This document shows, piece after piece, positions 57,101 through 64,000 of a stretch of 64,000 nt of DNA (position 1 is its first letter; the number at the start of each line of letters is the position of its first letter). Source of the stretch: Eledone cirrhosa (lineage: Eukaryota). The stretch is taken from positions 33,852,001-33,916,000 of the forward strand of contig OZ024752.1 of the NCBI GenBank assembly GCA_964016885.1. The letters are read 5' to 3'. Below the pieces are notes generated by a model. It made no database searches, was not told where the DNA came from, and was given only the letters and a program-made list of their open reading frames with translations. A program made the translations under genes and the position numbers.

Positions 57101-60100
57101 GTCTAATGAAAGACACTGTCTGTGTTTAACCCTTTAATTACTGTATGTCTAATGAAAGACACAGTCTATGTGTTTAATCCTTTCATTACTGTATGTCTAA
57201 TGAAAGACACTGTCTATGTGTTTAACCCTTTCATTACTGTATGTCTATTGAAAGACACTGTCTATGTTGAATCCTTTCATTACTGTATGTCTAATGAAAG
57301 ACACTGTTTATGTGTTTAATCCTTTCATTACTGTATGTCTAATAAAAGGGACTGTCTATGTGTTTAACCCTTTCATTACTGTATGTCTAATGAAAGACAC
57401 TGTCTATGTATTTAATCCTTTCATTACTGTATGTCTAATAAAAGGGACTGTCTATGTGTTTAACCCTTTCATTACTGTATGTCTAATGAAAGACACTGTC
57501 TATGTCTTTAACCCTTTCATTACTGTATGTCTAATGAAAGACACTGTCTGTGTTTAACCCTTTCATTACTGTATGTCTAATGAAAGACACTGTCTATGTG
57601 TTTAATCCTTTCATTACTGTATGTCTAATGAAAGACACTGTCTATGTCTTCAACCCTTTCATTACTGTATGTCTAATGAAAGACACTGTCTGTGTTTAAC
57701 CCTTTCATTACTGTATATCTAATGAAAGACACTGTCTATGTGTTTAACCCTTTCATTACTGTATTTCTAATGAAAGACACTGTCTATGTGTTTAATCCTT
57801 TCATTACTGTATGTCTAATGAAAGACACTGTCTATGTGTTTTACCATTTCATTACTGTATGTCTAATGAAAGACACTGTCTATGTGTTTAACCCTTTCAT
57901 TACTGTATGTCTAATGAAAGAAACTGTCTATGTCTTTAACCCTTTCATTACTGTATGTCTAATGAAAGACACTGTCTATGTCTTTAACCCTTTATTTACT
58001 GTATTTGTAATGAAAGACACTGTCTATGTGTTTAACCCTTTCATTACTGTATGTCTAATGAAAGACACTGTCTATGTATTTAATCCTTTCATTACTGTAT
58101 GTCTAATGAAAGACACAGTCTATGTGTTTAATCCTTTCATTACTGTATGTCTAATGAAAGACACTGTCTATGTGTTTAACCCTTTCATTACTGTATGTCT
58201 AATGAAAGACACAGTCTATGTGTTTAATCCTTTCATTACTGTATGTCTAATGAAAGACACAGTCTATGTGTTTAATCCTTTCATTACTGTATGTCTAATG
58301 AAAGACACTGTCTATGTGTTTAACCCTTTCATTACTGTATGTCTAATGAAATACACAGTCTATGTGTTTAACCCTTTTATTACTGTATGTCTAATGAAAG
58401 ACACAGTCTATGTGTTTAATACTTTCATTACTGTATGTCTAATGAAAGACACTGTCTATGTGTTTAACCCTTTCATTACTGTATGTCTAATGAAAGCCCT
58501 TTCATTACTGTATTTCTAATGAAAGACACTGTCTATGTGTTTAATCCTTTCATTACTGTATGTCTAATGAAAGACACTGTCTATGTGTTTAACCCTTTCA
58601 TTACTGTATGTCTAATGAAAGACATTGTCTGTGTGTTTAACCCTTTCATTACTGTATGTCTAATGAAAGACACTGTCTATGTATTTAATCCTTTCATTAC
58701 TGTATGTCTAATGAAAGACACTGTCTGTGTTTAACCCTTTCATTACTGTATGTCTAATGAAAGACACAGTCTATGTGTTTAATCCTTTCATTACTGTATG
58801 TCTAATGAAAGACACTGTCTATGTATTTAACCCTTTCATTACTGTAAGTCTAATGAAAGACACTGTCTGTGTTTAACCCTTTCATTACTGTATGTCTAAT
58901 GAAAGACACTGTCTATGTGTTTAATCCTTTCATTACTGTATGTCTAATGAAAGACACAGTCTATGTGTTTAATCCTTTCATTACTGTATGTCTAATGAAA
59001 GACACAGTCTGTGTTTAACCCTTTCATTACTGTATGTCTAATGAAAGACACTGTCTGTGTGTTTAACCCTTTCATTACTGTATGTCTAATGAAAGACACA
59101 GTCTATGTATTTAATCCTTTCATTACTGTATGTCTAATGAAAGACACTGTCTATGTCTTTAATCCTTTCATTACTGTATGTCTAATAAAAGGGACTGTCT
59201 ATGTGTTTAACTCTTTCATTACTGTAGGTCTAATGAAAGACACTGTCTATGTGTTTAACCCTTTCATTACTGTATGTCTAATGAAAGACACTGTCTATGT
59301 ATTTAATCCTTTCATTACTGTATGTCTAATGAAAGACACTGTCTGTGTTTAACCCTTTCATTACTGTATGTCTAATGAAAGACACAGTCTATGTGTTTAA
59401 TCCTTTCATTACTGTATGTCTAATGAAAGACACAGTCTATGTGTTTAATCCTTTCATTACTGTATGTCTAATGAAAGACACAGTCTGTGTTTAACCCTTT
59501 CATTACTGTATGTCTAATGAAAGACACTGTCTGTGTGTTTAACCCTTTCATTACTGTATGTCGAATGAAAGACACAGTCTATGTGTTTAATCCTTTCATT
59601 ACTGTATGTCTAATAAAAGACACAGTCTATGTGTTTAACCGTTTCATTACTGTACGTCTAATGAAAGACACAGTCTATGTGTTTAACCCTTTCATTACTG
59701 TATGTCTTATGAAAGACACTGTCTATGTTGAATCCTTTCATTACTGTATGTCTAATGAAAGACACTGTTTATGTGTTTAATCCTTTCATTACTGTATGTC
59801 TAATGAAAGACACTGTCTATGTCTTTAACACTTTCATTACTGTATGTCTAATAAAAGGGACTGTCTATGTGTTTAACCCTTTCATTACTGTATGTCTAAT
59901 GAAAGACACTGTCTATGTGTTTAACCCTTTCATTACTGTATGTCTAATGAAAGACACTGTCTATGTATTTAATCCTTTCATTACTGTATGTCTAATGAAA
60001 GACACTGTCTATGTGTTTAACCCTTTCATTACTGTATATCTAATGAAAGACACTGTCTATGTCTTTAACCCTTTCATTACTGTATGTCTAATGAAAGACA

Positions 60101-63056
60101 CTGTCTGTGTTTAACCCTTTCATTACTGTATGTCTAATGAAAGACACTGTCTGTGTTTAACCCTTTCATTACTGTATGTCTAATGAAAGACACTGTCTAT
60201 GTATTTAATCCTTTCATTACTGTATGTCTAATGAAAGACACTGTCTATGTCTTTAACCCTTTCATTACTGTATGTCTAATGAAAGACACTGTCTGTGTTT
60301 AACCCTTTCATTACTGTATGTCTAATGAAAGACACAGTCTATGTGTTTAATCCTTTCATTACTGTATGTCTAATGAAAGACACTGTCTATGTGTTTAACC
60401 CTTTCATTACTGTATGTCTATTGAAAGACACTGTCTATGTTGAATCCTTTCATTACTGTATGTCTAATGAAAGACACTGTTTATGTGTTTAATCCTTTCA
60501 TTATTGTATGTCTAATAAAAGGGACTGTCTATGTGTTTAACCCTTTCATTACTGTATGTCTAATGAAAGACACTGTCTATGTATTTAATCCTTTCATTAC
60601 TGTATGTCTAATAAAAGGGACTGTCTATGTGTTTAACCCTTTCATTACTGTATGTCTAATGAAAGACACTGTCTATGTCTTTAACCCTTTCATTACTGTA
60701 TGTCTAATGAAAGACACTGTCTGTGTTTAACCCTTTCATTACTGTATGTCTAATGAAAGACACTGTCTATGTGTTTAATCCTTTCATTACTGTATGTCTA
60801 ATGAAAGACACTGTCTATGTCTTCAACCCTTTCATTACTGTATGTCTAATGAAAGACACTGTCTGTGTTTAACCCTTTCATTACTGTATGTCTAATGAAA
60901 GACACTGTCTATGTGTTTAACCCTTTCATTACTGTATTTCTAATGAAAGACACTGTCTATCTGTTTAATCCTTTCATTACTGTATGTCTAATGAAAGACA
61001 CTGTCTATGTGTTTAACCCTTTCATTACTGTATATCTAATGAAAGACACTGTCTATGTGTTTAACCCTTTCATTATTGTATGTCTAATGAAAGACACTGT
61101 CTATGTGTTTAAGCCTTTCATTACTGTATGTCTAATGAAAGACACTGTCTATGTGTTTTACCATTTCATTACTGTATGTCTAATGAAAGACACTGTCTAT
61201 GTGTTTAACCCTTTCATTACTGTATGTCTAATGAAAGAAACTGTCTATGTCTTTAACCCTTTCATTACTGTATGTCTAATGAAAGACACTGTCTATGTCT
61301 TTAACCCTTTCATTACTGTATGTCTAATGAAAGACACTGTCTGTGTTTAACCCTTTCATTACAGTATGTCTAATGAAAGACATTGTCTGTGTGTTTAACC
61401 CTTTCATTACTGTATGTCTAATGAAAGACACTGTCTATGTATTTAATCCTTTCATTACTGTATGTCTAATGAAAGACACTGTCTGTGTTTAACCCTTTCA
61501 TTACTGTATGTCTAATGAAAGACACAGTCTATGTGTTTAATCCTTTCATTACTGTATGTCTAATGAAAGACACTGTCTGTGTGTTTAACCCTTTCATTAC
61601 TGTAAGTCTAATGAAAGACACTGTCTGTGTTTAACCCTTTCATTACTGTATGTCTAATGAAAGACACTGTCTATGTGTTTAATCCTTTCATTACTGTATG
61701 TCTAATGAAAGACACAGTCTATGTGTTTAATCCTTTCATTACTGTATGTCTAATGAAAGACACAGTCTGTGTTTAACCCTTTCATTACTGTATGTCTAAT
61801 GAAAGACACAGTCTATGTGTTTAATCCTTTCATTACTGTATGTCTAATGAAAGACACAGTCTGTGTTTAACCCTTTCATTACTGTATGTCTAATGAAAGA
61901 CACTGTCTGTGTGTTTAACCCTTTCATTACTGTATGTCTAATGAAAGACACAGTCTATGTATTTAATCCTTTCATTACTGTATGTCTAATGAAAGACACT
62001 GTCTATGTCTTTAATCCTTTCATTACTGTATGTCTAATAAAAGGGACTGTCTATGTGTTTAACTCTTTCATTACTGTAGGTCTAATGAAAGACACTGTCT
62101 ATGTGTTTAACCCTTTCATTACTGTATGTCTAATGAAAGACACTGTCTATGTATTTAATCCTTTCATTACTGTATGTCTAATGAAAGACACTGTCTGTGT
62201 TTAACCCTTTCATTACTGTATGTCTAATGAAAGACACAGTCTATGTGTTTAATCCTTTCATTACTGTATGTCTAATGAAAGACACAGTCTATGTGTTTAA
62301 TCCTTTCATTACTGTATGTCTAATGAAAGACACAGTCTGTGTTTAACCCTTTCATTACTGTATGTCTAATGAAAGACACTGTCTGTGTGTTTAACCCTTT
62401 CATTACTGTATGTCGAATGAAAGACACAGTCTATGTGTTTAATCCTTTCATTACTGTATGTCTAATAAAAGACACAGTCTATGTGTTTAACCGTTTCATT
62501 ACTGTATGTCTAATGAAAGACACAGTCTATGTGTTTAACCCTTTCATTACTGTATGTCTTATGAAAGACACTGTCTATGTTGAATCCTTTCATTACTGTA
62601 TGTCTAATGAAAGACACTGTTTATGTGTTTAATCCTTTCATTACTCTATGTCTAATGAAAGACACTGTCTATGTCTTTAACCCTTTCATTACTGTATGTC
62701 TAATAAAAGGGACTGTCTATGTGTTTAACCCTTTCATTACTGTATGTCTAATGAAAGACACTGTCTATGTGTTTAACCCTTTCATTACTGTATGTCTAAT
62801 GAAAGACACTGTCTATGTATTTAATCCTTTCATTACTGTATGTCTAATGAAAGACACTGTCTATGTGTTTAACCCTTTCATTACTGTATATCTAATGAAA
62901 GACACTGTCTATGTCTTTAACCCTTTCATTACTGTATGTCTAATGAAAGACACTGTCTGTGTTTAACCCTTTCATTACTGTATGTCTAATGAAAGACACT
63001 GTCTATGTATTTAATCCTTTCATTACTGTATGTCTAATGAAAGACACTGTCTATGT
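39174..63056. repeat. Near-tandem block duplication, 11,990-bp period (copies about 39,174-51,066 and 51,164-63,056)
   Basis: All ORF-track entries from 39311 to 50587 have identical partners at +11,990. Very rare markers pair up: GAAAACACTG 41791/53781, CTGCATG 42681/54671, TGTCTCTGTG 44411/56401, TGTACGTC 47661/59651. Confidence 0.95.
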
Positions 63057-64000
63057 CTTTAACCCTTTCATTACTGTATGTCTAATGAAAGACACTGTCT
63101 GTGTTTAACCCTTTCATTACTGTATGTCTAATGAAAGACACAGTCTATGTGTTTAATCCTTTCATTACTGTATGTCTAATGAAAGACACTGTCTATGTGT
63201 TTAACCCTTTCATTACTGTATGTCTATTGAAAGACACTGTCTATGTTGAATCCTTTCATTACTGTATGTCTAATGAAAGACACTGTTTATGTGTTTAATC
63301 CTTTCATTATTGTATGTCTAATAAAAGGGACTGTCTATGTGTTTAACCCTTTCATTACTGTATGTCTAATGAAAGACACTGTCTATGTATTTAATCCTTT
63401 CATTACTGTATGTCTAATAAAAGGGACTGTCTATGTGTTTAACCCTTTCATTACTGTATGTCTAATGAAAGACACTGTCTATGTGTTTAACCCTTTCATT
63501 ACTGTATGTCTAATGAAAGACACTGTCTGTGTTTAACCCTTTCATTACTGTATGTCTAATGAAAGACACTGTCTATGTGTTTAATCCTTTCATTACTGTA
63601 TGTCTAATGAAAGACACTGTCTATGTCTTCAACCCTTTCATTACTGTATGTCTAATGAAAGACACTGTCTGTGTTTAACCCTTTCATTACTGTATGTCTA
63701 ATGAAAGACACTGTCTATGTGTTTAACCCTTTCATTACTGTATTTCTAATGAAAGACACTGTCTATCTGTTTAATCCTTTCATTACTGTATGTCTAATGA
63801 AAGACACTGTCTATGTGTTTAACCCTTTCATTACTGTATATCTAATGAAAGACACTGTCTATGTGTTTAACCCTTTCATTATTGTATGTCTAATGAAAGA
63901 CACTGTCTATGTGTTTAAGCCTTTCATTACTGTATGTCTAATGAAAGACACTGTCTATGTGTTTTACCATTTCATTACTGTATGTCTAATGAAAGACACT

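Larger units (their letters stand above)
1..64000. repeat. 48-bp tandem satellite array, consensus TATGTGTTTAACCCTTTCATTACTGTATGTCTAATGAAAGACACTGTC; runs off both window edges
   Basis: The same 48-mer recurs head-to-tail from base 1 to 64000 with usually 0-4 substitutions per copy. Length variants of 46, 45, 42 and 29 bp occur. No non-repeat sequence or inversion was seen. Consensus has 16/48 G+C and no CpG. Confidence 0.99.

Noticed and set aside
6-63536. Over 130 + strand ORFs encoding (VFNPFITVCLMKDTVY)n, up to 483 aa
   Set aside because: They follow from a 48-bp unit with one stop-free frame. Starts and stops are set by frameshifting deletion monomers, and there are no unique domains or flanking gene signals. 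Not annotated as CDS.
1-64000. CRISPR array (palindromic ~27-bp repeat plus ~21-bp spacer)
   Set aside because: The would-be spacers are all near-identical copies of one linker rather than unique sequences, and there is no leader or cas gene in the window.

Overview
The whole 64-kb window is one uninterrupted, head-to-tail satellite array (roughly 1,300-1,350 monomers, all in one orientation). The monomer is AT-rich (about 33% GC), CpG-free and 48 bp long, with consensus TATGTGTTTAACCCTTTCATTACTGTATGTCTAATGAAAGACACTGTC. I see no unique sequence, gene, RNA gene, CRISPR spacer or intact mobile element. All ORFs in the track arise because 48 is divisible by 3 and one + strand frame of the monomer has no stop, giving (VFNPFITVCLMKDTVY)n. 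Each monomer carries a perfect 9-bp inverted repeat (CTTTCATTA-N9-TAATGAAAG) and overlapping smaller palindromes. Rare variant monomers act as barcodes and reveal nested duplications with periods of 142, 240, 336, 480, 3,142, 3,408/3,744, 8,812 and 11,990 bp, two sub-domains with different variant sets, and a 29-bp deletion monomer that forms a near-perfect 20-bp palindrome. Several variants look like hairpin-templated (quasi-palindrome) mutations, and the monomer resembles a miniature TTAA-flanked piggyBac-type end. The sequence is most consistent with eukaryotic satellite DNA, but the organism and any function cannot be determined from this window. All comparisons were made by eye.
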